Made by a program: the position numbers and the translations under genes. The notes beneath the pieces were generated by a model. The model did not search any database. It saw nothing but the letters and a program-made list of their open reading frames with translations, and had not been told where the DNA came from. Below are positions 17,789-27,841 of a DNA stretch of 38,248 nucleotides, one piece after another. The stretch is from the IMG/VR virus record IMGVR_UViG_3300048549_000170, positions 1-38,248 of that record; one strand, 5' to 3'. Source of the stretch: a virus. Its lineage: Duplodnaviria > Caudoviricetes. The first letter of the stretch is position 1. Every line of letters begins with the position of its first letter.

Positions 17789-18084
17789 TATGTATACTCT
17801 CCACCAATAACGTGACTGACAAAAAATGGAGCAGCTCCTATACTTGCTGTTATCAATTCACCCGCTAATACTTGAGTAGATGATAAAGGATTGTTAGTCC
17901 CCCCTGCCTTATCTACTTCATCTAACGGTCCACCGTCAGAACCAAATGTATTAGTTATTCCATTGTATGCACTCCCAGTGCATAAACTAGCTAAGCTTAT
18001 ATTAGTAGACTGATTGCAGTCGCTTCCAGAGACTAAACTACTTCCTATTCCTACGTTTGTACTAGGTATTCTTGGAGTTGCCAT
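17788..18084 (-). CDS. tail-fibre-associated small protein
   Basis: G/S/T-rich, downstream of the fibre. Confidence 0.6.
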   Translation of the reverse strand: MATPRIPSTNVGIGSSLVSGSDCNQSTNISLASLCTGSAYNGITNTFGSDGGPLDEVDKAGGTNNPLSSTQVLAGELITASIGAAPFFVSHVIGGEYT

Positions 18085-18131
18085 TATTTGCCGTTTATTT
18101 TGTTAATTAATCTAATAAGATATGCAATCAT
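18084..18131 (-). CDS. 15-aa mini-ORF MIAYLIRLINKINGK
   Basis: TAATG stop/start overlaps at both ends, filling the gap exactly. Confidence 0.55.
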   Translation of the reverse strand: MIAYLIRLINKINGK

Positions 18132-18385
18132 TATTCAGCATCTCTTATTGCTATATAGTCTGCTAATTCAGCATCTACTTCAACTACTTGTGCTTCAAGA
18201 CTTGCTTTTCTTGATTCTGCTTGTAAAATTGCTTCATCAACTGATTTTGTTTCAGTAAAGTCTACTACTTCTACATCATTACCAGATGCATCTTGCATAG
18301 TTCTTGTCATTTTGATTTCTACCATTTTCGGCTCATCGCCAACTACTGGTGCTTCAATCGTATATTCTGATATTACTTTAGCCAT
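18131..18385 (-). CDS. tail fibre accessory / coiled-coil protein
   Basis: Directly after the fibre gene; AGGAG RBS. Confidence 0.65.
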   Translation of the reverse strand: MAKVISEYTIEAPVVGDEPKMVEIKMTRTMQDASGNDVEVVDFTETKSVDEAILQAESRKASLEAQVVEVDAELADYIAIRDAE

Positions 18386-18386
18386 T

Positions 18387-21300
18387 TTATTCTCCTATTT
18401 TAGTTTTAAGTTCATCTATTTGAACTTGTTGTTCTTTTATTGCCTCTATCAAAACACCAACTATTTTTTCATAGTCTACTGTTTTAAAAGTTTGCTTATT
18501 ATCGGTAAACTCTCCGACTTTAAATTCTTTTTCTCTAACTACTTCTGGTATTACTTCTTCTACTTCTTGTGCGATGACACCGATATCGTGCTGTCCTTTT
18601 CTTGAAGTCGCATTCCAATCAAATTCTACACCTCTTAGTTTCATTATTTTATCTAAACCATTATCAATAGTTTTTACATTATCTTTCAATCTTGCATCAG
18701 AAGTAGTTGTAGAATAAGCAACTACATCTCCATCTACATGAAGCGTAGAACTTGCACCGTCTAATTCCATTCTTGTAGTTTGTGTATTGCTGTTATGTGG
18801 TGTTGTTTGCCAATAAAATTCACTATTTGTTGTTGTTGAATTAGCAATACCGAATACACCCGAGCTTCTTCCAGTATTAGCTCTTTGACCAGTATTATTA
18901 CTCCAATACCAATTACTACTTATTTGTCCACCTAAAGCATCTCCTAATGAATTAATCATTATACCTGCTTCAGTTTCACCATCTGCACTTCTTTTAGCTT
19001 GAAAGCCTGCAATAGTTTCCCAAGAAGTATAAGTTCCTTGAGTTACATTAACTTTTAATTTAAATGAAGGTGATGTAGTTCCTATACCGACATTACCATC
19101 TTCATTAATTCTCATTGCTTCTGCTGCACCACCTGAAGCATCATAGTCTGCTACTCCAAATGTTAAAGCACCACCTGGTAATGTTCCATTGTTTGTTTCA
19201 TTTACACTTTTAATAAATGATGTTACATAAGGTGCATTACCACTTGTATCGTGTGCATAATATTCAATAGTTCCTACAACATCTCCTGTATCCCAATCTC
19301 CACTTGCAACAGTATTAGATAATCTTATTGTTGGCGAACCTGCAGCACCATCACTACCACCTGAACCTGCTACATCTAAATTAGCACTTGGTGTAATTCC
19401 TATACCGACTTTTCCATCATTATCAATGGTCATTCGTGTAGTGCCATTTGTTCTAATTTGTAAATCGTGGTCAGATTCCATTCCTAAAACACCATAGTCA
19501 TTATTTGCATTTAATATAGTGAATGCAGAAGTTCCTCTTGTGATTTTAAAAGCATCTCCTGAAAAATCTGCTCCATCAATTTGCAAACCAAAAGTTGGAT
19601 TGGCTTCTCCTATACCGACATTACCTGATGAGTTAATTAACATTCTTTCAGTACCACTACTTGCTCCAGTAGTTGCACCAGTTCTAAAACTTAAATCATT
19701 TCCTTCTTGAAATATAGAAGAAGTAGAAGTTCCGTCGAAAAATATTCTTGGTGAATTTTCTGAATTGTCAGAAGCTTTTAAAACAATACCATTAGCACCA
19801 CTATCGTTTATATGAAGTTTTGTAGCTGGTGATGAAGTTCCTATACCGACATTACCACCAGCTTGTAAAGTCATTACATTTGAAGGTGCAGTAGTTCCAG
19901 TTGTTCCTTTTACATAAAATTGTAAATCTGTTTTATTATTAGAATTATATCCACTTCCTTTAGCAATAATAGCTGCACCAATTTTATTATCAGCACCATT
20001 AAATCCAAATGCTATACCTTTATCATTGTTGTCTTGATTAATTAACAATGAATATTCAGAAGCATCTCCAGCATCAGCATCAGCATCTCCACCACCATCA
20101 ATAACTAACTTAACACTTGGTGATGTAGTTCCTATACCTACATTTCCTGAAGTATCTAATATTGTCAAAGCATCATAACTACTACTACCAAAAGTACCAT
20201 TACCACCTGATTTATAAGTAGATAATATTAGTCCAGTTCCATACTTATAACCACACCCAAAGTTTTCATTTACTGCTGAACTACCTAATGCTACAATAGC
20301 TAAATCTCCATTACCATTCCAACCATCAGGTCCTTGAACATAAGCATTATCATTTAATACTTCTAAATTGTAAGTATGTCCTGATGCACTTGTTCCACCT
20401 ATTAAGACATTACCTGATGAGTTTATAAATAAATTATCATCACCATTAGTATCTTTAAATTTATAATTATCTGCAGTAAACAATAATGTATTAGCTTCTG
20501 TTCCAATCTTTTCATTACCACCACTATACATAACAATTTTATCTGCACTATGACTTGCTGGAAACTGCATTTTCTTTCCAATCTCTATGGAAGTTGCACT
20601 ACCATCTAATGTTATGTAAGCAGTTGTTCCACCAGAGCCATCATCTGATTTTAAAATAACATCTCCATCATCAGTTGATGTTTGAATAGTTAGATTACCA
20701 GTAGCATTAGAGAAAGTTGCATTACTTCCATCGTGTGATAAACTCATATTGCCACCACCACCAAGTTGTAAATTAACACTATCGTCTAATCTTAAATCTT
20801 TTGATACATTAGTTCTTGTTTGACTACCATCTAATGTTAGGTAAGCAGTTTCTCCACCACTACCATCGTCTGATTTTAGTATAATATCTTTGTCAGCTTC
20901 ATTATTTTTAATAATCAAATCACCAGTATAATTATCAAAATAACTATTCGTTCCATCGTGAGTTATTTGTATGTCATCACTTGCTCCAAGACTTAATCTT
21001 TGATTATCGATAGGTAACCTTACTCTTGCATTATCACTTGCGTCAATATGTATTGCATTAACGTGACTACCACCATCATTAACAGATAAAAACATATCTG
21101 TATCAGCAGCAACATTTCTTATTTGTAAAGTTCCAGTATTATTATTAAAGAATGAGTTAGTGCCATTGTGTCCAAGAGCAATATCATTACCAGCACCAAT
21201 AAATAAATACTGATTGTCATTTTTCATAAAGACGCTACCATTATCACTTGCATCTATTTGAATAGCATTAATAGTAGAGCCACCATCATTGACTTCAAAA

Positions 21301-23399
21301 TATATATCTCCATCTTGCATTTGTTGCCTTATGAATAAATGTCCACTTGTATTACTTATATATCCGTGTGTAGAGTGTGCTAGTTGTAAAAGTCCACCAC
21401 TAAACATTGCTCTTGTTTCAAAATAAGTATCTACTGCAATATCGATATTAGCTTCACTACCATCTAATGTTAGGTAAGCAGTAGTTCCACCAGAACCATC
21501 GTCAGACAACAACACTATATCTTTGTCATCAGCATTATTATAAATCTGTAAATCGCCTTTTGTGTTATTAATAACAGCATTGGTATCATCGTGATAAAAT
21601 TCAAAATCATTATCAGTTCCAAATCTAACTTTTTTACTATCAGGTAAATCTAAATTTGTTCCATCAAAAGTAAGATTGGCTTCTGCGTTCATAGCATCTG
21701 TACCAGTAGCAGTAAGTATTCTATTATTGCTACCATTAGCCATAAAGTCAGATACGTCGACCGAAATAGCATCTGCTGCTACATCAATACCAGTACCTGC
21801 TCCTATGTTTAAAGTTGCTGCTCCACTTGTTGCACCTCCAGTTAAACCATCTCCAGCAGTTACTGTAGTAATGTCTCCAGCTCCAGCTGCGACAACTTCT
21901 GAGTCTATGTAAGCTTTAATAGATTGTTGAGAAGCAATACCAGTTGCACTGTCAGAAGCAAAATCATCTTCATCTAAGAAAGCTTTACCGTCTAATATAT
22001 TTAATTCTTCTGGAGTAGATGAAATTTGTGTAGTAGAAGCTGCCGCTAATACTGGTATAGTACCTGACACATTAGGTAAGCTAATGGTTCTATCGCCCGT
22101 AGGGTCTATAATAGATAATGTAGTTTCGTGTGAATCTGCTGTAGCACCTTCAAAAATAATAGCATTTGCTGCTTCCATCGTAACTGTATCTACAGTTGTT
22201 GTAGTACCCGCAACAGAAAGATTAGGAACTAGTAATGTTCCTGTGCTTGGATTATATCTTAATGCACCTGTATCATCTAATAAAGCATTTGATTCGTCGT
22301 GGAATATAACAGGAAAGTTTGTATTTGCAGTGCTATCCGATACCGTTACTTTTGCAGCTGTACCAGTTGTATCTTGATTTAAAGTTCCAACAACTAAATC
22401 TATTGTTCCATCTCCGTCTTGATAAGTAGCAGTAATTCCAGTTTCGGTGTTACTACTAAACATTGCTCCTACGACATCTTGTATCTCTTCATCGGTTTGG
22501 TCTGCGGTAGCATTACTTTCAACTGAGTCAAGTTTAGTTTCTTGGGCATCAGTCATAAATCTTTTGTTTGAAGCATCAGTCATATTTGTTGTTATAAAAT
22601 TAGGAGAAGCTCCACTTACAACTGATTGGTCTAATGCTTTTACATCTGCAATACTTGAAAGCTCACTATCCATTAATGCACCAGCAGCTGTTACATTTGT
22701 TGCGTCAGTAACATCTGCACTTGCTTCAATAGCATTTAACTTACTATGGTCAGAATCTGTAAATACATTTGAGTCTGATGCTGCCTCTACTGCCGTTCTT
22801 ATTTCTGCATTTGTCTGGTCTGCTGTAGCACTTGCTTCTATTGCATCTAACTTATTTTTAAGTGTGGTTGTAAAATTATTATCTGTTTGTGTGGCTACAA
22901 CAAAATCTATGTTACCATCTGTATCGTCATAACTAACAGATATACCTGTTTCAGTGCCATCCAACATCCCCCCAACTATATCTTCTACCTGCTCAGTAGT
23001 AAGAGTAGCTTCTATTTTTGAATCTAATTGCGTTTGAATATTGGAAGTTACTCCATCTGTATAATTTAATTCTGCTGTGGTAGCTGTTACTCCGTCCATT
23101 ATGTTCAGTTCGGCAGCAGTAGCAGTTACTCCGTCCAGGATATTAAGCTCTGCTGTTGTAGAAGTTACCCCATCTAAGATATTTAACTCAGCTGCTGTAG
23201 AAGTAATTGCAGTACCAGCATACTGTAATGCACCTGCAGAGGATATGTTAATAGCACTACTACTAATCTGTAATACACTATCAGTTGCCTCTCCATCTGA
23301 TATAGCTCTTAATGTAGAATCTATACCTGCATTACTATTTGATACCTGTAATAAATCCTTATAGGTATTTTTAATTTTTTTACCTGTCAATGTTGCCAT
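18387..23399 (-). CDS. long modular tail fibre with C-terminal intramolecular chaperone (peptidase S74)
   Basis: AELNILDGVT repeats, DDGSGG repeats, GNVGIGT repeats; SDARLKDNV...GVIAQEVEEVIPEVV...VDYEKIVGVLIEAIKE. Confidence 0.92.
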   Translation of the reverse strand: MATLTGKKIKNTYKDLLQVSNSNAGIDSTLRAISDGEATDSVLQISSSAINISSAGALQYAGTAITSTAAELNILDGVTSTTAELNILDGVTATAAELNIMDGVTATTAELNYTDGVTSNIQTQLDSKIEATLTTEQVEDIVGGMLDGTETGISVSYDDTDGNIDFVVATQTDNNFTTTLKNKLDAIEASATADQTNAEIRTAVEAASDSNVFTDSDHSKLNAIEASADVTDATNVTAAGALMDSELSSIADVKALDQSVVSGASPNFITTNMTDASNKRFMTDAQETKLDSVESNATADQTDEEIQDVVGAMFSSNTETGITATYQDGDGTIDLVVGTLNQDTTGTAAKVTVSDSTANTNFPVIFHDESNALLDDTGALRYNPSTGTLLVPNLSVAGTTTTVDTVTMEAANAIIFEGATADSHETTLSIIDPTGDRTISLPNVSGTIPVLAAASTTQISSTPEELNILDGKAFLDEDDFASDSATGIASQQSIKAYIDSEVVAAGAGDITTVTAGDGLTGGATSGAATLNIGAGTGIDVAADAISVDVSDFMANGSNNRILTATGTDAMNAEANLTFDGTNLDLPDSKKVRFGTDNDFEFYHDDTNAVINNTKGDLQIYNNADDKDIVLLSDDGSGGTTAYLTLDGSEANIDIAVDTYFETRAMFSGGLLQLAHSTHGYISNTSGHLFIRQQMQDGDIYFEVNDGGSTINAIQIDASDNGSVFMKNDNQYLFIGAGNDIALGHNGTNSFFNNNTGTLQIRNVAADTDMFLSVNDGGSHVNAIHIDASDNARVRLPIDNQRLSLGASDDIQITHDGTNSYFDNYTGDLIIKNNEADKDIILKSDDGSGGETAYLTLDGSQTRTNVSKDLRLDDSVNLQLGGGGNMSLSHDGSNATFSNATGNLTIQTSTDDGDVILKSDDGSGGTTAYITLDGSATSIEIGKKMQFPASHSADKIVMYSGGNEKIGTEANTLLFTADNYKFKDTNGDDNLFINSSGNVLIGGTSASGHTYNLEVLNDNAYVQGPDGWNGNGDLAIVALGSSAVNENFGCGYKYGTGLILSTYKSGGNGTFGSSSYDALTILDTSGNVGIGTTSPSVKLVIDGGGDADADAGDASEYSLLINQDNNDKGIAFGFNGADNKIGAAIIAKGSGYNSNNKTDLQFYVKGTTGTTAPSNVMTLQAGGNVGIGTSSPATKLHINDSGANGIVLKASDNSENSPRIFFDGTSTSSIFQEGNDLSFRTGATTGASSGTERMLINSSGNVGIGEANPTFGLQIDGADFSGDAFKITRGTSAFTILNANNDYGVLGMESDHDLQIRTNGTTRMTIDNDGKVGIGITPSANLDVAGSGGSDGAAGSPTIRLSNTVASGDWDTGDVVGTIEYYAHDTSGNAPYVTSFIKSVNETNNGTLPGGALTFGVADYDASGGAAEAMRINEDGNVGIGTTSPSFKLKVNVTQGTYTSWETIAGFQAKRSADGETEAGIMINSLGDALGGQISSNWYWSNNTGQRANTGRSSGVFGIANSTTTNSEFYWQTTPHNSNTQTTRMELDGASSTLHVDGDVVAYSTTTSDARLKDNVKTIDNGLDKIMKLRGVEFDWNATSRKGQHDIGVIAQEVEEVIPEVVREKEFKVGEFTDNKQTFKTVDYEKIVGVLIEAIKEQQVQIDELKTKIGE
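23050..23210 (-). repeat. four 14-aa tandem repeats T(A/T)AELN(I/Y)xDGVT in the fibre shaft
   Basis: Visible in the translation and as a 42-bp period in the DNA; boundaries approximate. Confidence 0.85.
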
Positions 23400-23411
23400 C
23401 TACTATTTCCT

Positions 23412-23885
23412 TTATGTAAAGTTTGCTGGAACAATACCACGTGTTCCACCAGTCTTATCTCTTCTTCTTGCACCATATCGTTGCACTATAGCTCTATATT
23501 CTGCTACAAACATATTTGCCATTTGTAGTTTTACATTTGCTTGTGCTGGGTCTGTTTCTCTTGCTGCTGCATCCATTAATGCTCTTGATTTTACATATGA
23601 AATCAATGCTGTATGTAAACTATTATCTAAATCTATTGTTCCATATATAGCAGGTTTTGTGCCATCTGGAGAAACTAATTTATCAGGTTCAGCATAGTAT
23701 GAAATAAGCATACCTGATGTAATATAGTCTGTACCAGAACCTACTATAGGTGCTTTATATCTACCTTGTGCTGTCTCTGAAGTTCCACCATCTCCATCTG
23801 TAGTGGCAATAGCTATCTTATCTCCTTCTATCCACCATACAAAGTTTACTGATGGGTCTACAAATGTACTACTAACCGCTGCCAT
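23412..23885 (-). CDS. putative tail adaptor / head-tail connector (C-terminal-type half)
   Basis: ISYYAEP...DLDNSLHTALISYVKSR pattern, typical of adaptor proteins. Confidence 0.5.
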   Translation of the reverse strand: MAAVSSTFVDPSVNFVWWIEGDKIAIATTDGDGGTSETAQGRYKAPIVGSGTDYITSGMLISYYAEPDKLVSPDGTKPAIYGTIDLDNSLHTALISYVKSRALMDAAARETDPAQANVKLQMANMFVAEYRAIVQRYGARRRDKTGGTRGIVPANFT

Positions 23886-23887
23886 AA

Positions 23888-24193
23888 TTACTCCGTATCT
23901 GTTATCTTTGTTTCTTGATTAACTAATCTAGGAATCTTAATATACTCACCACTTGAATTTAAAACGCTACATCTGTACACTTTATTGATAGTAACATCTC
24001 TGTCATCATCAAGTCCATACCACATCTGCTTATTTACTAAATTTGTTTTTGCGTATTCTGTTTTAAGATTATATTGTCCTAAATCTATTAATGCTTCATT
24101 AATTAAATTTACTACATAGTTTTCAGTAACATCAGGTACTGCCTGTTTTACTCTACTATAAATTTCTCTTCCTGTAAACTCTATTGCTGCCAT
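23888..24193 (-). CDS. putative tail adaptor (N-terminal-type half)
   Basis: MAAIEFTGREIYSRVKQ...VVNLINEAL; start at the TAATG overlap 24193. Confidence 0.5.
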   Translation of the reverse strand: MAAIEFTGREIYSRVKQAVPDVTENYVVNLINEALIDLGQYNLKTEYAKTNLVNKQMWYGLDDDRDVTINKVYRCSVLNSSGEYIKIPRLVNQETKITDTE

Positions 24194-24399
24194 TATCCAA
24201 TGTCCTCCCAACTTAGGTTTGCTAGATTCCAATAATCTATTGCATCTTCCCAGTTGTAATATTCATCTAATACTTCTCTCCAATCTGTTGGTGGAGCTAT
24301 AATTTTTTCTGTCCAGGTTGTTGATGCCTGTAAATTTTCTTCTGTCCAAGTAGTGCTTGGAGCTATATTTTGTTCTGTCCACTCTGTATTGACAGCCAT
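24193..24399 (-). CDS. small Trp-rich repeat protein
   Basis: Repeats T(E/T)WTExxx(A/Q), about 11 aa, then W every 7 aa. Confidence 0.7.
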   Translation of the reverse strand: MAVNTEWTEQNIAPSTTWTEENLQASTTWTEKIIAPPTDWREVLDEYYNWEDAIDYWNLANLSWEDIG

Positions 24400-26291
24400 T
24401 ATCTACCAACTCTTTCTTGTTCTTGTTCTATTTTTTCAACAGATATAAGTTGTAATGCTTCTTTAAATTGTGCATCAATCATTTGATACTGACTTTGATA
24501 CCAACTATATTCAGTTGTATCTACTGATAGTCTTAAATTAATTTCGTTAGAATATCCTTGACTTATATTTATCTTAGCAGATATTTCTCCTGCATATCCT
24601 TGAGCTGCAGATAGATAAGCATTAGCTACTCCACCCTGTGCATTCACTTGTGATAATCGTGAATTAACTTCAGATGCATAAGTGTTTACTTCACTTGCTC
24701 TGGCATTTGCTTCTGCTAAGTAAGCATTACCTACATTAATTCTGTTAGTTGCAGTTCCTATAAACATTTGTGTAGTTGTAACATATGCTTGAATTTCACT
24801 AGCATATCCTTGTGCCGCTGTTAAATAAGCATTGATAGCTGTATTGTAACCACTTGCAATAGATAATTCTGCTTGTGCTTCTGATAAATAACCTTGAGCA
24901 GTAGATATGTATGCTTGTACTGCTTGTCCTTTTGCTCCTGTAAATGTAGCTCTTGCATTTACTTCTGTTGCAAAACCATTTATCTCTGCTGACAATCCAT
25001 TAACAGATGTAGAAAATTCTTCTAAATGTATTCTTGCTCTATTTTGTTCTGTAGAAGCAATAGATAAAGCACCATTTAAAAGCTCTGTATCTTCTTCTGT
25101 TCCTAAATAACTTCCTGCATCTGCAGCGGCTGAACCTGTTGGAGAGCTTCCTCCGTCATCTATAATCTTTTGTGCATTGTCTAATGCATCTTTTACTTTA
25201 GTTAAACCGTCTCCAGTCAGATAAACGCTTTCATCTCCAAATAATGCAGGGTCATCTGCATCTGCTCTAAATTTATCTACAGCAGTATTCAATGCAGATA
25301 ATGCAGTATTAAATGTTCCAGAGTTATCTGTCTGACTTGCTATCTCTGCAGCCTCTGTTTTTGCTATATCTATTTCAGCGTTTGCTAAATCTACTGCAGT
25401 TTTGGCTGAAGCTAATCTGGTGTTTAATCCTGGGTCTGCAGTAATTAAAGCCACCGCTGCATCTACTTGAGTGTTAATTAATCCTAAAGCTGTAGCTACT
25501 GCTGCATCATCTGATTCTGCTTCTGCTGCATCTGCTTCTGTTTCTGCTTTATCAAACTCAGCGTTAGCTAATTCTATTGCAGCGTTCATTTTATCTGCTG
25601 AGGTGTTCATAGCTGTTAAGGCTGTATCTACATTATCATCAATATTAGCTACCATTTCTCCTATCTCAACAACCGCAGCATCTATTTGTGTATTAATTAA
25701 ATCACATACCGCCTGTGTTTCGTCTAATTCTGCTTTCAGTGCAGTGAATGCTGTTGTAATATTTGAATTAGAATGTATATCATTCATTAGTCTCATTAAT
25801 GCATTTCTTGCTGCATAAAACACTACCGCAGATTCTGCTTCTCTTGGAAAGTTTTCTATAGTAGAATCATCATAAGTTAATGTACTTCTATCTTCATCTA
25901 TTTTTACAAGCTTACTATCTTCACTAGCAGCACTAGCTGGTAGTGAATAAATTCTTTTATTTTCAACATAATATACTGGGTCAGAGCTTGTAGCAAATTC
26001 CATATAACTTGAGTCTGCTGCTCTACCTGATTGACTAGCGTGTATCTCTCTGCAGGGCATTAATACATTACTGTTGTTTTCATCTTTTCTTAATACGTGT
26101 AATATTTTACTATCCTCTACAGCTACGTTACCTGTAAATGCTTGTATTTCAGACATTCTATCTAGTTTTGACATAGGTAAAACATCCATTACTTTTCTTA
26201 CACCAGCTTGTAACCAATCATTAATAGCGTCTCTATCAGTGTTTGTGCCAAAACCTGTTAAGTCATTTATCTGTTCTTCAAATGTTGCCAT
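24399..26291 (-). CDS. virion structural protein: adaptor-like N-terminus + long Ala-rich helical repeat
   Basis: AINDWLQAG N-terminal motif; repeated AYLxxAQGYxxE. Confidence 0.65.
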   Translation of the reverse strand: MATFEEQINDLTGFGTNTDRDAINDWLQAGVRKVMDVLPMSKLDRMSEIQAFTGNVAVEDSKILHVLRKDENNSNVLMPCREIHASQSGRAADSSYMEFATSSDPVYYVENKRIYSLPASAASEDSKLVKIDEDRSTLTYDDSTIENFPREAESAVVFYAARNALMRLMNDIHSNSNITTAFTALKAELDETQAVCDLINTQIDAAVVEIGEMVANIDDNVDTALTAMNTSADKMNAAIELANAEFDKAETEADAAEAESDDAAVATALGLINTQVDAAVALITADPGLNTRLASAKTAVDLANAEIDIAKTEAAEIASQTDNSGTFNTALSALNTAVDKFRADADDPALFGDESVYLTGDGLTKVKDALDNAQKIIDDGGSSPTGSAAADAGSYLGTEEDTELLNGALSIASTEQNRARIHLEEFSTSVNGLSAEINGFATEVNARATFTGAKGQAVQAYISTAQGYLSEAQAELSIASGYNTAINAYLTAAQGYASEIQAYVTTTQMFIGTATNRINVGNAYLAEANARASEVNTYASEVNSRLSQVNAQGGVANAYLSAAQGYAGEISAKINISQGYSNEINLRLSVDTTEYSWYQSQYQMIDAQFKEALQLISVEKIEQEQERVGR

Positions 26292-26428
26292 TATCCTTGT
26301 CCTCTACTTCTTTTTTTGTAATATTTCTTACTCATCTTATTTCCAAATTTAGTTCTATGACTTTGCCCTTGTCTAGTCTTCTTCTTACCGTTAGTATGTC
26401 TTTTTACTTGTGGTCCTAGTCCTCTCAT
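26291..26428 (-). CDS. basic mini-protein (45 aa, KKTRQG...RGQG)
   Basis: Read manually; TGATG and TAATG overlaps with both neighbours. Confidence 0.75.
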   Translation of the reverse strand: MRGLGPQVKRHTNGKKKTRQGQSHRTKFGNKMSKKYYKKRSRGQG

Positions 26429-27273
26429 CAGAAAGTAATAGACTCATTTGTAAATGGTTCTTCTTCTTCTTTTGGTTCTGCAAATTGTATTAAGTTTTCC
26501 ATATCAGAGTTATCTTGTATAATTGATGATGCATCTTTTAACTCATCAAAGTTTTTTTCTTTTAAGCTTCTAATAAATTGATTTAATAAGTCTGCTTCTT
26601 TACCACGCCTAGTACCATAGTCATCTCCAAAGTTTCTTAGCTCATCTTCCAGATTTGTATAATTCTCAATATTATCTGGGTCTTTTACAACCATCTCTAA
26701 TAAGCTTACGAACTTAGGAGTCTTTGGGTCAAACTCCTCAGTGTTAGGATTGTCCATAAAGTTAGCTCCGTATTGATAACCAATAGATGCTATCACCGTT
26801 TGTACTTCTGGTGACAATTCAGCCATATCAGTTCCAAACGTTCTTTCAAAATTTCTGGAAATAGAATTTAATTCTTTTCCTTTTACAAAATTATCTACAA
26901 GCATTGCTTCTTCCTGACTAAATGATAAAGGGTTTAACTCTTCAAAGTTAAAAGCTTCTTGTCCTGTCATACCAAAGTATGGTTCCATTTTTTCAACAAT
27001 ATTTGGATTATCAAATCCTTTAAAATAGTCTGAAGTTTTTCCACCCAAGTCTACACCAGTTCCAAAAGTAATACCAGACTGAGAACCTTCTGGATTAGGA
27101 ACATAAGCTTCGGTTTGTCTTCCACCTTCTAGCTTACTAATAAAATCAAAGTCAACCTGTAGTTGCTTTGCTTCTTCGTACTCACTAGTATTCATAGCTC
27201 CATTTAACAACCTATTTTCAGGGCTGAAGAATCTCTCTCTTATCGTATCTAATAATGTTCCTCTACGAATCAT
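26428..27273 (-). CDS. pesticin-type (T4-lysozyme-fold) muramidase
   Basis: DFDFISKLEG...AYVP...SGITFGTGVDLG, QTVIASIGYQYG, FGDDYGTRRGKEADLL. Confidence 0.85.
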   Translation of the reverse strand: MIRRGTLLDTIRERFFSPENRLLNGAMNTSEYEEAKQLQVDFDFISKLEGGRQTEAYVPNPEGSQSGITFGTGVDLGGKTSDYFKGFDNPNIVEKMEPYFGMTGQEAFNFEELNPLSFSQEEAMLVDNFVKGKELNSISRNFERTFGTDMAELSPEVQTVIASIGYQYGANFMDNPNTEEFDPKTPKFVSLLEMVVKDPDNIENYTNLEDELRNFGDDYGTRRGKEADLLNQFIRSLKEKNFDELKDASSIIQDNSDMENLIQFAEPKEEEEPFTNESITF

Positions 27274-27551
27274 TTTCTTTTTTTTCCATTTTGTTTTCTA
27301 GCAAACGTTTTAACATTTGTTGGCTTACCACCTACGCCTTGTGCCTTTGCTCTCTTTCTACTAACAGCACTTTTTCTTTGCGATGCTGACATACCAGCTG
27401 CTTTTGAAGCAGGGACACATTTAGGATATTTTCTTTTACTACCTTTAGCAGATGACCTTCCACACTCTTGGAACTTGCCACCTTTTTTAGGAGCACCAAT
27501 ATCTACCCAGTTTTCACTGAACCACTTTCTAAGTCCACCCTTGTATGCCAT
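27270..27551 (-). CDS. basic conserved viral protein
   Basis: GGLRKWFSENWVDI...CGR...YPKCVP. Confidence 0.75.
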   Translation of the reverse strand: MAYKGGLRKWFSENWVDIGAPKKGGKFQECGRSSAKGSKRKYPKCVPASKAAGMSASQRKSAVSRKRAKAQGVGGKPTNVKTFARKQNGKKRK

Positions 27552-27709
27552 TAATATTTACCACCACGTTTTTTATATTCTCTAACAAGCCAAGCATTAG
27601 CATACGCCGATGGATAAACATCAAACTTACGTTTTGCTGCAGACTTTACTCTTGAATACAACGCCTTATTCTTTGGTGTTGGACTACCTTTCTTTCTTTT
27701 AACAGCCAT
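27551..27709 (-). CDS. basic mini-protein (52 aa, YPSAYANAWLVREYKKRGG)
   Basis: Read manually; TAATG-coupled on both sides. Confidence 0.75.
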   Translation of the reverse strand: MAVKRKKGSPTPKNKALYSRVKSAAKRKFDVYPSAYANAWLVREYKKRGGKY

Positions 27710-27804
27710 TACTTCTTATACCCTTTTTTTCTCATACCTTTTTTCATAACCTTCTTTTTCATTTTAGGCTTTACAACTTTTTTCTTTTTCTTCATTCCGT
27801 ACAT
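27709..27804 (-). CDS. protamine-like Lys-rich peptide (31 aa)
   Basis: MYGMKKKKKVVKPKMKKKVMKKGMRKKGYKK; AAGGA RBS; alternative in-frame ATG at 27849. Confidence 0.7.
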   Translation of the reverse strand: MYGMKKKKKVVKPKMKKKVMKKGMRKKGYKK

Positions 27805-27841
27805 ATTATACTTCCTTCTATTAGACTTTATAGTTTTAGTT

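Noticed and set aside
18387-23399. Diversity-generating retroelement or invertible shufflon acting on the fibre
   Set aside because: No reverse transcriptase, no adenine-specific TR/VR pair, no recombinase or inverted cassettes seen
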